Part shown: in pieces, positions 9,627 to 18,898 of the stretch
Position numbering within the stretch: the stretch's first letter is position 1
Layout: each line of letters begins with the position of its first letter
DNA from: Phycisphaerales bacterium
GTDB lineage: Bacteria > Planctomycetota > Phycisphaerae > Sedimentisphaerales > Anaerobacaceae
DNA length: 25,388 nucleotides
NCBI GenBank assembly: GCA_050117705.1
Contig: JASFMF010000001.1
Span: 1 to 25,388 of the forward strand
Direction: 5' to 3'
Program-made: the position numbers and the translations under genes
Notes under the pieces: model-generated
Told to the model about the DNA's origin: nothing
The model's input: only the letters and a program-made list of their open reading frames with translations
Databases searched by the model: none

Positions 9627-9907
9627 ATCGCGTGACAGTAAAACCGGATATCGTCAAAATCATATTCCGGCGTGATATTGGTTTTAGCCTCGACGGCTGC
9701 TAAATCGCTTGAAAAATCATTGATAAGATCGCTGATCAATGCCAAAGCGCTATTGGCGACGCTAAGCGCCGTGTCGCTATTATTGGCGATAGCATCCGGT
9801 AAATCTTCACCCACCATGCGAAAGAGTATCTCAAACCTTCTGATCGTTTCATGGTTTGGGATAAATTCCGATAATTGCTGTCTGTTCGGAGGCAATATTT
9901 CGGTCAA
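9623..9907 (-). CDS. Short tail-needle-like protein (gp26 N-terminal type)
   Basis: Directly after gp10. PPNRQQLSEFIPNHETIRRFEILF portal-plug-like N-terminus followed by a short Ala/Ser/Leu heptad segment. Confidence 0.55.
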   Translation of the reverse strand: MTEILPPNRQQLSEFIPNHETIRRFEILFRMVGEDLPDAIANNSDTALSVANSALALISDLINDFSSDLAAVEAKTNITPEYDFDDIRFYCHAI

Positions 9908-11334
9908 TATTCCAATCCTTCTATCTGGGCCTCCAACCTGGCAAAGGCTATATGGCTGTCACTGTTTCCTCTAAACCGCTGGATGCGATAATTTCTAATC
10001 GGGCCTTGTTGAAGCCAGACCAATTGTTTGGTGCGGTCGCCCTGAAGGCCCGCGCTGATCATTTTTTCATTGGACCAGGTCTCACCGTCTAAACTATAAG
10101 ACGTATAAATATAGGGCTCGGTTCCCAATACATTGCGTCCCGGCAAACCTACCAGTTCCAACCGGTGAATAATAGCGCCTTTACCTTCGTTATAGATTAT
10201 CCGTGTTTGAAAATCCCAATTGCGGGATTGGTTCCAGTTGGTTGAAATATCACTATTTAAATAACCTAACTGCCCGGTAGTGTTACCGACGATCCATTTG
10301 TCATAGCACCAGCATAAGTTTTTGGGGCCGGTATCGGTAATAAACCAAATCGGGACTCCCGTGGCCGCGCTGGCGATACCGTCATAGATCAAGTTTTTGT
10401 CGGTTAGCCGTACCCATAAATGATCAAAATTATCTCCCGATCTGACCTCTAAAACCGTATTCTTGAGTTGGTCTTCGGTATATTCATGTAATATCAAATC
10501 GATCTCACGGGTGGCTATTTTTTGGGTTTGAGCATTGCGACCCAAATATATAGATGGACTTTCATTTTTACCGCTGCCTAAAAATGCGATTTGATCCATA
10601 AAAATGCATTTGGCATGCGTTCCAACAGCACCGCGATACATTCTGCTCCCATCGATACGGGCAAAAGGGAACAATGCCCCACCCTTATTATAAAACGCTT
10701 CGATGGTATAGCGGTTGACGGCATAGGCCTCGTTATTCAGTTTTAACAACCCCACCACCGGATCGGGATCGATTTCGGAAGAACCGTATTTTAAGCTGTT
10801 GACTGAAAACGGGTCGCCTAAATCGGTCACCACCAAAAACGAGCCGTCGGTCGTCATAAAATAGCCGTCGATGTAAATGACATCCAATACCGTTCCTAGA
10901 TCGCTGTCGGTAACCTGCTGAATGGAATTAGCGGGAGCGGCGGCATCGGGTCCGCCGTATAGATAAAGATTTCCCCCTGAAGCAATTGCCAGATAATCAA
11001 AACTATAGGTCATCTGAACGTGATCGGAGCCGGCTACGTTACCGTAAGAGCCACCCGGTGAAAAGGAGATCAAATAAGTATTTCCTAAAGGATCGACCCG
11101 GACAAGGCTGTTTGCTCTGACCCTATAGCAATAATCATCCCAATTGATTCCGCCCCGATCATCACCCCCGGCAATGAATTCGGCGTCGTCAAATGATGAA
11201 ACTCCGTCAACGGGCCGCAGATATCCGGTGCTGATGCCGTGATTTAACGGTACCGGCATCATGTTATAAGGATATTTTTGCCGAATATCCGCGGCTTCCG
11301 AAGCATAAATTCCGTTGACGATTGGTATCTGCAT
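9904..11334 (-). CDS. Tail hub / packaged DNA stabilization protein, P22 gp10-like
   Basis: MQIPIVNG...YPYNMMPVP...STGYLRPVDG aligns by eye with the gp10 N-terminus. WD-like beta repeats. Start moved to ATG 11334, just after the upstream stop. Confidence 0.85.
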   Translation of the reverse strand: MQIPIVNGIYASEAADIRQKYPYNMMPVPLNHGISTGYLRPVDGVSSFDDAEFIAGGDDRGGINWDDYCYRVRANSLVRVDPLGNTYLISFSPGGSYGNVAGSDHVQMTYSFDYLAIASGGNLYLYGGPDAAAPANSIQQVTDSDLGTVLDVIYIDGYFMTTDGSFLVVTDLGDPFSVNSLKYGSSEIDPDPVVGLLKLNNEAYAVNRYTIEAFYNKGGALFPFARIDGSRMYRGAVGTHAKCIFMDQIAFLGSGKNESPSIYLGRNAQTQKIATREIDLILHEYTEDQLKNTVLEVRSGDNFDHLWVRLTDKNLIYDGIASAATGVPIWFITDTGPKNLCWCYDKWIVGNTTGQLGYLNSDISTNWNQSRNWDFQTRIIYNEGKGAIIHRLELVGLPGRNVLGTEPYIYTSYSLDGETWSNEKMISAGLQGDRTKQLVWLQQGPIRNYRIQRFRGNSDSHIAFARLEAQIEGLEY

Positions 11335-11336
11335 AT

Positions 11337-13109
11337 TTAAGCTGCGTTCATTCCGTGCCAAGCGGTTCCGTCGCAAAAGAAGAAACCGAATTCCGTGGTG
11401 GCAATTGTATCAACGGTTGTTCCACCGGAATCGTCTTTTACAACTATGTTTTCTCCGCCGGTGTTATAAATCCAAAGTACGACCCCCGGAACATCGGCTT
11501 CCGGTGGTAATTCCAGATCTTCACCGGCGCCGGAGCTATTGGGGTCCACCATCATAATGTTGGATGTTAAAACGGTTCCGGCCGTGGAACCCGGATCGAC
11601 CGTCAATTGTACGGTAGCGTCGGACATATCCAGCACTTGCGCGGTATTTAAGGCGAATAAACCGGCCGCTTTTACCTGCCCGATCGCCCCAACGGCTCCT
11701 CCGGTCGTGGCGCCCCCGGTTCCGGGAGTCAAAGTGATGGTTCCACCGTCCCCACCATCACCGGTTCCGGCCGATGCGGCGCCGCCGTTTCCGGCCGTAA
11801 TGCCTAAATCACCACCGGCGCCTCCGTCATGGGCTCCGGTACTATTGGTGGCGCCACCGGCTCCGGTACTGACGGTCATAGCGCCGCCTGCACCTCCGGC
11901 TTCACCGGTAGCACCACCGGTATTTGCTCCGCCCGCCCCGGTCGATACTGTAAGCGTTCCAGAAGCGCCTCCGGCCGTAGCGGCTGCGCTTGCGGCTCCT
12001 GCGCCGCTCCCGATACTGACAGCCCCGGTAGCACTTGCGGCGGTTGTCGAGCCCGATGATACGGCGACGGCCCCGGAAACACCTGAAGTGGCTCCACCGG
12101 CACCCGATGTAATGGTAACCGCGCCGCCCGTACCGGTCGCGCCTGCCGCGCCTCCTATGGTAGATATCGCGCCGCCCGCGCCTGTCCCTGCTCCGGCGCC
12201 ACCGGTTGCGGATACCGCTCCACCGGCTCCATTAGTGGAACTCGCCGCTCCGCCGGTAATTGATGATGCTCCGCCCGCCCCGGTCGCACCAGAGCCCGAT
12301 GCGCCACCGGTTACAGATGAAGCGCCGCCGTCTCCGGTCCCTGATCCGGCGCCGCCTGCGACACTGACAGCCCCACCGGCGCTGTTTCCTGAACTGGCGG
12401 CTCCACCGGCGACAGCGGTTGCCCCGCCCGCGCCACTGGTCGCACCGCCCGCTCCACCGGTGAGGCTAGCTGTTCCCCCGGTACCGGTTGTTCCTCCGGA
12501 TCCTCCGGCCGCACTTAACGCGCCGCCGGTACCACTTCCCTGACCGGCTCCACCGGTAACCGAAGCCGCTCCTCCGGTTGCGTTTCCGGCCGTTCCCGCT
12601 CCTCCGGTAACCGATGATGCGCCACCGGTTCCCGATGTAGAACCACCGGCTCCACCGGTAACGGAAGCCGCGCCGCCTGCTCCGGTCGCTCCGGGAGTCC
12701 CTCCGGTTATCGCAACGGCTCCTCCGGCGTTGGCGGAAGTAGATGAGGTTCCTCCGGTTACGTTAACGGCCCCGCCTTGAGTTCCGGCCTCGCCGTTTAC
12801 GGCAAAAGGATCTCCGGTACCGGCTAAAGTATTCGGCGTGGGTAAACTGATGGTCGGGCTCGCGCCGACATTGTAGTATACTTGTCCGGGTCCGGCTTCG
12901 ATACGAACGTCTTGAGCACTGGACCAGGTTCCCAGCGTGCTTTCCGTATTGGTGACGGTCGAATAGTAACTATAGACGGTCGGCATGTTGGGATCGGATA
13001 CGCCCAAATAGACTTTGGCGTCGCCCTCATAGGCCGCTATAATGATATACTGACCGACGGGAACGGTAACTTTTTTGGTACCGTAAGGGTAGATAATTAC
13101 TTGTGTCAT
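11337..13109 (-). CDS. Gly/Ala/Thr-rich fibre (putative head fibre or decoration protein)
   Basis: 590 aa: an ~85-aa N-terminal domain, about 20 GGAxxVTGG-type repeats, and a C-terminal LPP...IYNTGG...FFCDGTAW beta domain. Strong SD AAGGAG. Confidence 0.75.
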   Translation of the reverse strand: MTQVIIYPYGTKKVTVPVGQYIIIAAYEGDAKVYLGVSDPNMPTVYSYYSTVTNTESTLGTWSSAQDVRIEAGPGQVYYNVGASPTISLPTPNTLAGTGDPFAVNGEAGTQGGAVNVTGGTSSTSANAGGAVAITGGTPGATGAGGAASVTGGAGGSTSGTGGASSVTGGAGTAGNATGGAASVTGGAGQGSGTGGALSAAGGSGGTTGTGGTASLTGGAGGATSGAGGATAVAGGAASSGNSAGGAVSVAGGAGSGTGDGGASSVTGGASGSGATGAGGASSITGGAASSTNGAGGAVSATGGAGAGTGAGGAISTIGGAAGATGTGGAVTITSGAGGATSGVSGAVAVSSGSTTAASATGAVSIGSGAGAASAAATAGGASGTLTVSTGAGGANTGGATGEAGGAGGAMTVSTGAGGATNSTGAHDGGAGGDLGITAGNGGAASAGTGDGGDGGTITLTPGTGGATTGGAVGAIGQVKAAGLFALNTAQVLDMSDATVQLTVDPGSTAGTVLTSNIMMVDPNSSGAGEDLELPPEADVPGVVLWIYNTGGENIVVKDDSGGTTVDTIATTEFGFFFCDGTAWHGMNAA

Positions 13110-13124
13110 TTTTTGTTTTTCTCC

Positions 13125-13592
13125 TTATCCGACCCGATACCAGGTGGTCCCGGGAAGGTCGTATTTTAATCTGAAATAGGCGTCTGCCGCTAAAGTCGTC
13201 GGCTCACCGGCGACGGTGCTTCCGTTACCGTCTATCGTCAAAGTGGTTACGGCCTCGGTGCAATTGACCAGAATATCCTGCTTGTCGATACAAATTGTAG
13301 AGGTGGGCAGAACGATCGTCATGGCGGCGTAACCGGCAACCGGAGTAATAATAAGATGGATATTGTCGTCGCTGTCCGTAACTTGTATGCTTTGGCCGGT
13401 GGCCGATGGGGCGGCGTATTGCGTCGTGTATTCGGCAAAAGCCGCTAAATCCACTATAGTTAAATTACTCTGTATATATGATAGTAATACGGATAACGCC
13501 GCCCTGCGGTCATCTCCGTTGGTACTACTTCCGACGGCGATATTGTCTCCCGCCGTTAAACTGTCCAACGCCGTTAAATTCTTAATATACAT
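13125..13592 (-). CDS. Virion structural protein (head fibre/decoration-like)
   Basis: NGDDRR...TTQYAAPSAT...LIITP..GYA..TI.LP pattern seen after gp4 in P22-like podoviruses. Confidence 0.55.
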   Translation of the reverse strand: MYIKNLTALDSLTAGDNIAVGSSTNGDDRRAALSVLLSYIQSNLTIVDLAAFAEYTTQYAAPSATGQSIQVTDSDDNIHLIITPVAGYAAMTIVLPTSTICIDKQDILVNCTEAVTTLTIDGNGSTVAGEPTTLAADAYFRLKYDLPGTTWYRVG

Positions 13593-14063
13593 TTATGTCT
13601 CTCCCCATGGTGGATACGGATCGGCGGTTTGCTCCAGATATTCATCGCTGTTAAAACGCCATGGTTTGTTGCCCGCGCCGCGCGGCATGGTATCGGGCAT
13701 GTTCATTTCACGCGGATTGCTCAATGCCCATGACAACAGATTGTTGTAGGCGTACCAAGCAGACGCTTTTAGGTCGGGTGATACGGTTTTGCCCAGTGAC
13801 GGTGCGATTTTTAATGCCAAATTGAGGTATATTGCCTCGTTTGCTCTGTCGGGAACGTTGCTTTCATCGTCCAAATCACTGTCTTCCGGCGATTCTGGGA
13901 CGGGATACGCCAATGGTACCATTTTGGCGCTCCAGGTCGAAAGCATCGAATCGAGAATATAAAGGGCATTTTGTAATTGTTCCGGCTGTAAATCGTAATC
14001 GTAATCGGCGTAACCGATCATGGAAAACGCCTGGCGCACGAATTGTCTTTTCGTCCAACTCAT
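13593..14063 (-). CDS. Head-to-tail adaptor, P22 gp4-like
   Basis: WTKRQFVRQAF..IG...LQPEQLQ.AL..LDSM...NLAL.IAP..GK...MP.TMPRGAGN are gp4-family motifs. Confidence 0.85.
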   Translation of the reverse strand: MSWTKRQFVRQAFSMIGYADYDYDLQPEQLQNALYILDSMLSTWSAKMVPLAYPVPESPEDSDLDDESNVPDRANEAIYLNLALKIAPSLGKTVSPDLKASAWYAYNNLLSWALSNPREMNMPDTMPRGAGNKPWRFNSDEYLEQTADPYPPWGET

Positions 14064-14365
14064 AGTTTACCTGCCCGTATTTTCTGGGCGGAATTAAAAC
14101 TAACGCCATGACGCGCCGCAATTGCTCTAAGCGGGCCGCTGTCTTTTTTGATCGCCTCTTTTAATTGGTCGCTGATGTCGGCCGGCGAAATGATTTCGTC
14201 CCGGCTTAATTTTTGTTCCGGTGCTTCGCCCGGCTTTGGCGGTTTAACTATCCACCCTCTTGCTAAATGCATCTTTAGATCTGTTTTCAATATCGAGCGC
14301 GTGTCGTAATCTTTACCCGTGCGCGGGCTCGAGCGCCGGTAAATCTTTACCATTTCTTTTTTCAT
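14060..14365 (-). CDS. Small capsid-associated protein with a C-terminal HTH-like segment
   Basis: Lies between coat and gp4, ATGA-coupled on both sides. C-terminal LRAIAARHGVSFNSAQKI is HTH-like. Confidence 0.5.
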   Translation of the reverse strand: MKKEMVKIYRRSSPRTGKDYDTRSILKTDLKMHLARGWIVKPPKPGEAPEQKLSRDEIISPADISDQLKEAIKKDSGPLRAIAARHGVSFNSAQKIRAGKL

Positions 14366-14508
14366 TTTTTCTTTTTAGCTTTCTTCTTAGCGCGCCGCGC
14401 GGTTTCAAGAGCAATGGCTACAGCCTGGCTCCTCTTTTTACCCGATTTGATTTCCGTTTTTATGTTCTGCGAGATACTTTTTTTGCTGTAGCCTTTTTTT
14501 AACGGCAT
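14362..14508 (-). CDS. 48-aa highly basic protein (MPLKKG...QAVAIAL phage family)
   Basis: Below the ORF-track cutoff. Hand translation: MPLKKGYSKKSISQNIKTEIKSGKKRSQAVAIALETARRAKKKAKKKK. Its stop overlaps the next ATG (ATGA). Confidence 0.8.
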   Translation of the reverse strand: MPLKKGYSKKSISQNIKTEIKSGKKRSQAVAIALETARRAKKKAKKKK

Positions 14509-14520
14509 TTTACAAGCCCT

Positions 14521-15771
14521 CTAAGTTTGTGAAAAAATTCCGATGCCCGTCATTTCAGGAGCAAGGCAAGTTACGCCGAACGTACAATCAAGACGGTATT
14601 TAATCTTCATGGTGTTGATGTCGTAAAATTTTTGCCAGACGACTTCCAGGCCGTTGTCGGTGGTTCCCCGCATGACGGCCGCGCCCGATCCGGTCGGTAC
14701 GGCGTAGCGCCCCGGTCTTATCTCAATACTGTCACGATACCAGAAGGGATTAACATAGGCGGCGGCGATGTTCAGCAGCGTAATGGTTGCGCCGTCAGCC
14801 GGTGTGGAATCGACATTCTGATATTGGAGTTCGGCATCGGTTCCGCCGTCTCCACTGATTATGGGTGGTGAAATGACGATATTTCCGGTTCCGCCTCCGG
14901 TAATGACGCGGAAAGTCTTGAGCTGACCGGTAGACTGTTTGGTGACCTGGTGGACATTGTAAACGTCGGCGATGGTAAAACAATCTCCGGCGGCCAGGGT
15001 GCCCGTAGCGGCAATTGCCAGGGTTTGATAGCGGTTGTCTACGTTGCTTGTTTCGCCGGTCGCAGCCGTGCTGGTGGCTTGAGGCGTGTAATATTGATTA
15101 GCGCCGTTGACGGTAATCCCGGTTGCGGTTCCGGCGGCCAGACGATAGGCGTAGTCCAGTTTATAGGTGTCAAAGCTGGCCAGTTGACCAATGCGAGCCT
15201 TTTCGTAGGCGGCCAGTACTTTCCCCTGAACCGTTCCGCGGTCGGCTAAATTTGAAGCCATATTGTTATAGTCACGAGTAGACAGGGCGGCATAACGATT
15301 CATTTGAGGTACTCCGCTTTCGTTCATGATAGCTTCAAACTCGGCGACATCGTCAAACCCGGTGGCGGCGGTAGCGACATCAACGACTAAGGTACCTTGT
15401 AAACTGGCGACATTGGTAACGGCCACATTGATATCGCTGGCAAGTTTCTGATAGCCGGCTTCGCCTAATCTCTTTTCCTGTAGTTTGTCGCGCAGCTCTT
15501 TAGCCGTCATGATCCATGGAAAACTCTTTTCATAACCGAGCGTAGCCGGTACGGAGAGCTGAGTATAATCCTGGAAATTGGCGGTTTGGTCGGTTCCGTC
15601 GTAAGTAACGCCGATATAGGGCATGGGCCGCCAGATAATGTCATTGGCCCGCTCGCTCATGGTGTCTTCGACGTTGTATTTGGAGACGTTGCGGGAAATG
15701 ACCAGGGCGTCCTCGAATCCTTCTAAAATGTCTTCAAACGCGACTCTTTCCTCTTTGCTGAAGTCACTCAT
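14521..15771 (-). CDS. Major capsid protein, P22 gp5 family
   Basis: FSKEERVAFEDILEGFED..V.SRNV...IWRPMPY and C-terminal YRLDCTFGV..APEMTG. Follows the scaffold gene. Confidence 0.9.
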   Translation of the reverse strand: MSDFSKEERVAFEDILEGFEDALVISRNVSKYNVEDTMSERANDIIWRPMPYIGVTYDGTDQTANFQDYTQLSVPATLGYEKSFPWIMTAKELRDKLQEKRLGEAGYQKLASDINVAVTNVASLQGTLVVDVATAATGFDDVAEFEAIMNESGVPQMNRYAALSTRDYNNMASNLADRGTVQGKVLAAYEKARIGQLASFDTYKLDYAYRLAAGTATGITVNGANQYYTPQATSTAATGETSNVDNRYQTLAIAATGTLAAGDCFTIADVYNVHQVTKQSTGQLKTFRVITGGGTGNIVISPPIISGDGGTDAELQYQNVDSTPADGATITLLNIAAAYVNPFWYRDSIEIRPGRYAVPTGSGAAVMRGTTDNGLEVVWQKFYDINTMKIKYRLDCTFGVTCLAPEMTGIGIFSQT

Positions 15772-15788
15772 TGTTTTCTTCCTTTATT

Positions 15789-16670
15789 TTACCCGGCCGC
15801 CGCCCGCCTTTTTTTACGCCTATATTGATGAACCTTACTCATATCGCCGGTCTTCGCCGCTTCTTCGCGCAAGCGTTCCAGCGTTCGGTCGGTCGTCCCG
15901 GATAGTGTTCCGGTTCCGTTAACTGTTTTTTCCGGTCTGGTTTTCGGTTTTCTTTTTCCCACTTTGAGATTGTCCTCCAATCGCGCCAGTTCCATGGCAA
16001 ACTGTATATCGTTCAGTTTTGACAGCTCTTCCATTTTCGCCGGGGATTTTCCTAGCGCATATACGATCAGCTCCGGCTTTTTAGCCGCGCACAATATGAT
16101 ATTTTGTTGCGTGATGCTTAAGGCGTCGGTAACGGCATCTTCGCTTTCGCTGAAGTCTTTTACTTTCAGACTGTTTTTCCGTTCTTCGTAATTGCGATAG
16201 ATCCGCTGTGACTCGACTTTTTCCTTTTCAGCCCGTGCGGCCGCCTCTTTTTGCGCCGCTTCGGCCCGGTGCTTTTTATCAAACCATGCGCTGATCTTCT
16301 TGTCGTACTCATCGCTGTCATAATCACACGCCTCTAAAGTCGGCTTCGGTCCCGGCTCATCGGCAATCTCTGTTTGTGGTGTTTTTAACTGGTCAAGCTC
16401 GTACTGGGTTTTTCGATATTTTTGTTTAAGCTTGCGATGGCGTTGTCTCAAATCCGTAATGAGGCCGGATTCGGTCTCGTCGCTTTCTTCGCCTAAACTA
16501 ACCTCTATTTCCTCTTCCTCCTCGTCTTGTTGTGAAGAAGACGGCTCGGATTCAGGCTCTTTTTCTTCGCCTTCCGTCGAACCGGCTTCTTCTTCACCGG
16601 CGGGGGGGTCGGTTTCTATTTCTTGTTCAAGATCATTTGATTGATCTTGTTCATTCTCTTCTATTGTCAT
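15789..16670 (-). CDS. Scaffolding protein
   Basis: Acidic N-terminus, coiled coil and a basic C-terminal helix (GDMSKVHQYRRKKR) like the P22 gp8 coat-binding tail. Lies between portal and coat. ATG 16670 has AAAGG upstream. Confidence 0.8.
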   Translation of the reverse strand: MTIEENEQDQSNDLEQEIETDPPAGEEEAGSTEGEEKEPESEPSSSQQDEEEEEIEVSLGEESDETESGLITDLRQRHRKLKQKYRKTQYELDQLKTPQTEIADEPGPKPTLEACDYDSDEYDKKISAWFDKKHRAEAAQKEAAARAEKEKVESQRIYRNYEERKNSLKVKDFSESEDAVTDALSITQQNIILCAAKKPELIVYALGKSPAKMEELSKLNDIQFAMELARLEDNLKVGKRKPKTRPEKTVNGTGTLSGTTDRTLERLREEAAKTGDMSKVHQYRRKKRRAAAG

Positions 16671-16684
16671 ATCAGCAACCTTTC

Positions 16685-18769
16685 TCACTGACTGGGCGCA
16701 GTGGGGGCCTTTTGCTGTTCGATCTGGGTTAGATCTTTTATATTCTCAACGACGGCGCGTTGGGATTTAGTGTCCATTTCGGACATTATCTGCGCGGTTT
16801 TGGCGCGGGTCTCTTCCGCTCTTGCGGCGGTATGAATCGTATCGACCTGCGATTGCTGGGCTTTCATGGCGGTCAATTGCGTATCCGCCTTTGCTTTTTC
16901 GGCCTTGGCCATGCTCTCGGCGGAAAGCGCCGCTAAGTATTGCTGATTTGGGTCGGGCTGTTGCGCCTGGGCCTGTTGGCGCGCCTGGATCTCTTTGGCC
17001 TCTTCTTCGTTGGGCTCGATGGCGCCCATATTAATCAGCTTTTTACGGTAGTATTGTCTGATCTCATCGATCCCCTCGCCTTCCATGTTCATCATCGCCA
17101 GACCTGTGATAACGGCCTGGTCGGACGGATCGGCCGTCATTTGCAGCATTCCGGTTAAAGCCCTGACGGTGGCGGCGCGCTTGGAAGCGGTAGAGGGACC
17201 GACTGAGACCGTTAAATCGAATTTGGCGCGTGAAAAATCATTTTTATACTCGACCGCGCCGCTTTCCTGATTTACCGTCGGCTCCATCAGTTTGATGGAA
17301 TCAATATCCTTTTGAGGGGTTACGATCTTTAGATTACGGTCTTCTTCCACATAAACTTCTTTAGCCATCGAAAGCCAGATTTCGCCGGATCGTTTGACGG
17401 CTTTGGACATGTTGGACATATAGATGAAACTCTGCATGTCCAGCTTGTTCTGGATCAGCTCGATGGCTTTACCGCTTACATTCGGCGTGATCTCTTCTCC
17501 GGCCTGCTGATTTCCCAGCATATCCTGCATGTCCTGTTCGGTGATTCGAAGCAGGGCCCCCATGGCGGGGGGGATTTGCGGAACTTTGGTATAACCCAAC
17601 GGACCGGTTGGTTGAATGTTGCCGTTCATGTCGATGACGGGATTGGTTAACAAATAGGGATAGTTTTTAATATTGTCGTCCGCCCACATGTCTGCGTGAC
17701 CGGCGATCTGTTCCGGGGTTAAAATCGGCTTTTCGATCGTAGACAATGCGCTGATCTCGCCCAGCTTTGAAAGCTGCATATTTTTAAGCCGCTGGGCGTC
17801 CTTACACAGCCTCACATGCCCCATACAGCGTTCGATATTATCGATAAACCATCGTTTCCCGTAAACCGGAACGATGGGGATACAACTACCGGCGATATAG
17901 CCGCAGTCCTCGATGACATGGTCGCCGTTTAGAATATATTTATGAACTTTGTTTTTTTTGACCGTCTTATCCCTGACCTTGCGGCTTCCGGTGGCGGTCA
18001 GCATTTCGAACAGATTTTCATCGTGCTCGAAATCATCTTCACTGTAGCGGCTTTCTTCGCCGTCCAGGCTTTCCCAGATCTCGATTGTTTTGGGAACTTT
18101 TTCCACGACGTAATATTCGGCGATATAGACGACATCAGGGGTGACCCAGTCAAATTCGCTGCTATCGATATCCTTGGTCCAGCTAACCGGGTCGTCATCG
18201 TACTCTTCGATATAAGCGTCGCGTGAAATCGATCTGATCACAAAGCAATGATTAGCATCGCTTTTGTCCTGCTTTTTGCTGTTGAGATCGAAAAATACGG
18301 AGCTGTCGGCGTCATAGATGGGCTCGATGGCAATACGTTGATATTCGTTTTCGTCGTCCTCTTCGTCTTCGTAACAGGTAACCAGCCGCCATGCCCCGAT
18401 ACCGCCACCGACGGCCTCCTCAAAGGCGTTGTCGTAGGCGTCCTGACCGTTGCTGTCCTGTTCGTCGGCTCTGTATCTACCGTCGCAGGTATCGGCCAGG
18501 CTGTCTTCTTTACCGTCCTTTGCAACAAAATCAACCGTGATGCGGTTGTTGCGGTATTCGTTGATGATGCGGATAACCGACAGATGAACTTTATTGACTT
18601 CAAAACGCGGGCGATTCTCGAATTGTTTACAGAGATCGCCTTCCCACTGCGCGCCGGCAATAGAGTAAAAACGCCGGTCTGAAAGGCATTGTTCACGCTC
18701 CTCCCAAACGGCGTCCTGGATACGGTCAAATTGAGCTAGTGCTGTTTGATGTACGTCGGTCCTGGGCAT
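16685..18769 (-). CDS. Portal protein, P22 gp1 family
   Basis: 694 aa with GAQW, RPRFEVNKV, VPVYGKRWFID..ER..GHVR.CKDAQRL.NM motifs and a long Q/A-rich C-terminal barrel helix. Confidence 0.92.
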   Translation of the reverse strand: MPRTDVHQTALAQFDRIQDAVWEEREQCLSDRRFYSIAGAQWEGDLCKQFENRPRFEVNKVHLSVIRIINEYRNNRITVDFVAKDGKEDSLADTCDGRYRADEQDSNGQDAYDNAFEEAVGGGIGAWRLVTCYEDEEDDENEYQRIAIEPIYDADSSVFFDLNSKKQDKSDANHCFVIRSISRDAYIEEYDDDPVSWTKDIDSSEFDWVTPDVVYIAEYYVVEKVPKTIEIWESLDGEESRYSEDDFEHDENLFEMLTATGSRKVRDKTVKKNKVHKYILNGDHVIEDCGYIAGSCIPIVPVYGKRWFIDNIERCMGHVRLCKDAQRLKNMQLSKLGEISALSTIEKPILTPEQIAGHADMWADDNIKNYPYLLTNPVIDMNGNIQPTGPLGYTKVPQIPPAMGALLRITEQDMQDMLGNQQAGEEITPNVSGKAIELIQNKLDMQSFIYMSNMSKAVKRSGEIWLSMAKEVYVEEDRNLKIVTPQKDIDSIKLMEPTVNQESGAVEYKNDFSRAKFDLTVSVGPSTASKRAATVRALTGMLQMTADPSDQAVITGLAMMNMEGEGIDEIRQYYRKKLINMGAIEPNEEEAKEIQARQQAQAQQPDPNQQYLAALSAESMAKAEKAKADTQLTAMKAQQSQVDTIHTAARAEETRAKTAQIMSEMDTKSQRAVVENIKDLTQIEQQKAPTAPSQ

Positions 18770-18898
18770 TTACGCCCCCGGTTATGTATATTGGGTTTTA
18801 TTTTAGATATGAGCCGCGTCAATCACGGCCTCGGCAACATTTTTAGAAAAGTGCCGGGTAGGTGTTATTTATTTTATAAATCAATTTGATAGATCACG

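Noticed and set aside
11335-11376. 14-aa N-terminal extension of gp10 in the ORF track
   Set aside because: It overlaps the end of the upstream gene. Similarity to gp10 starts at MQIP (11334).
11539-12543. 334-aa Pro/Ala-rich plus-strand ORF
   Set aside because: It is the antisense shadow of the Gly-repeat fibre: GGN codons read as NCC and lack stops. The other plus-strand ORFs (e.g. 118-423, 17942-18682) likewise lie opposite well-supported genes.
14362-14380. -1 frameshift fusing the 48-aa basic protein to the 101-aa protein
   Set aside because: There is no canonical in-frame slippery heptamer or downstream structure, and ordinary ATGA coupling explains the overlap.
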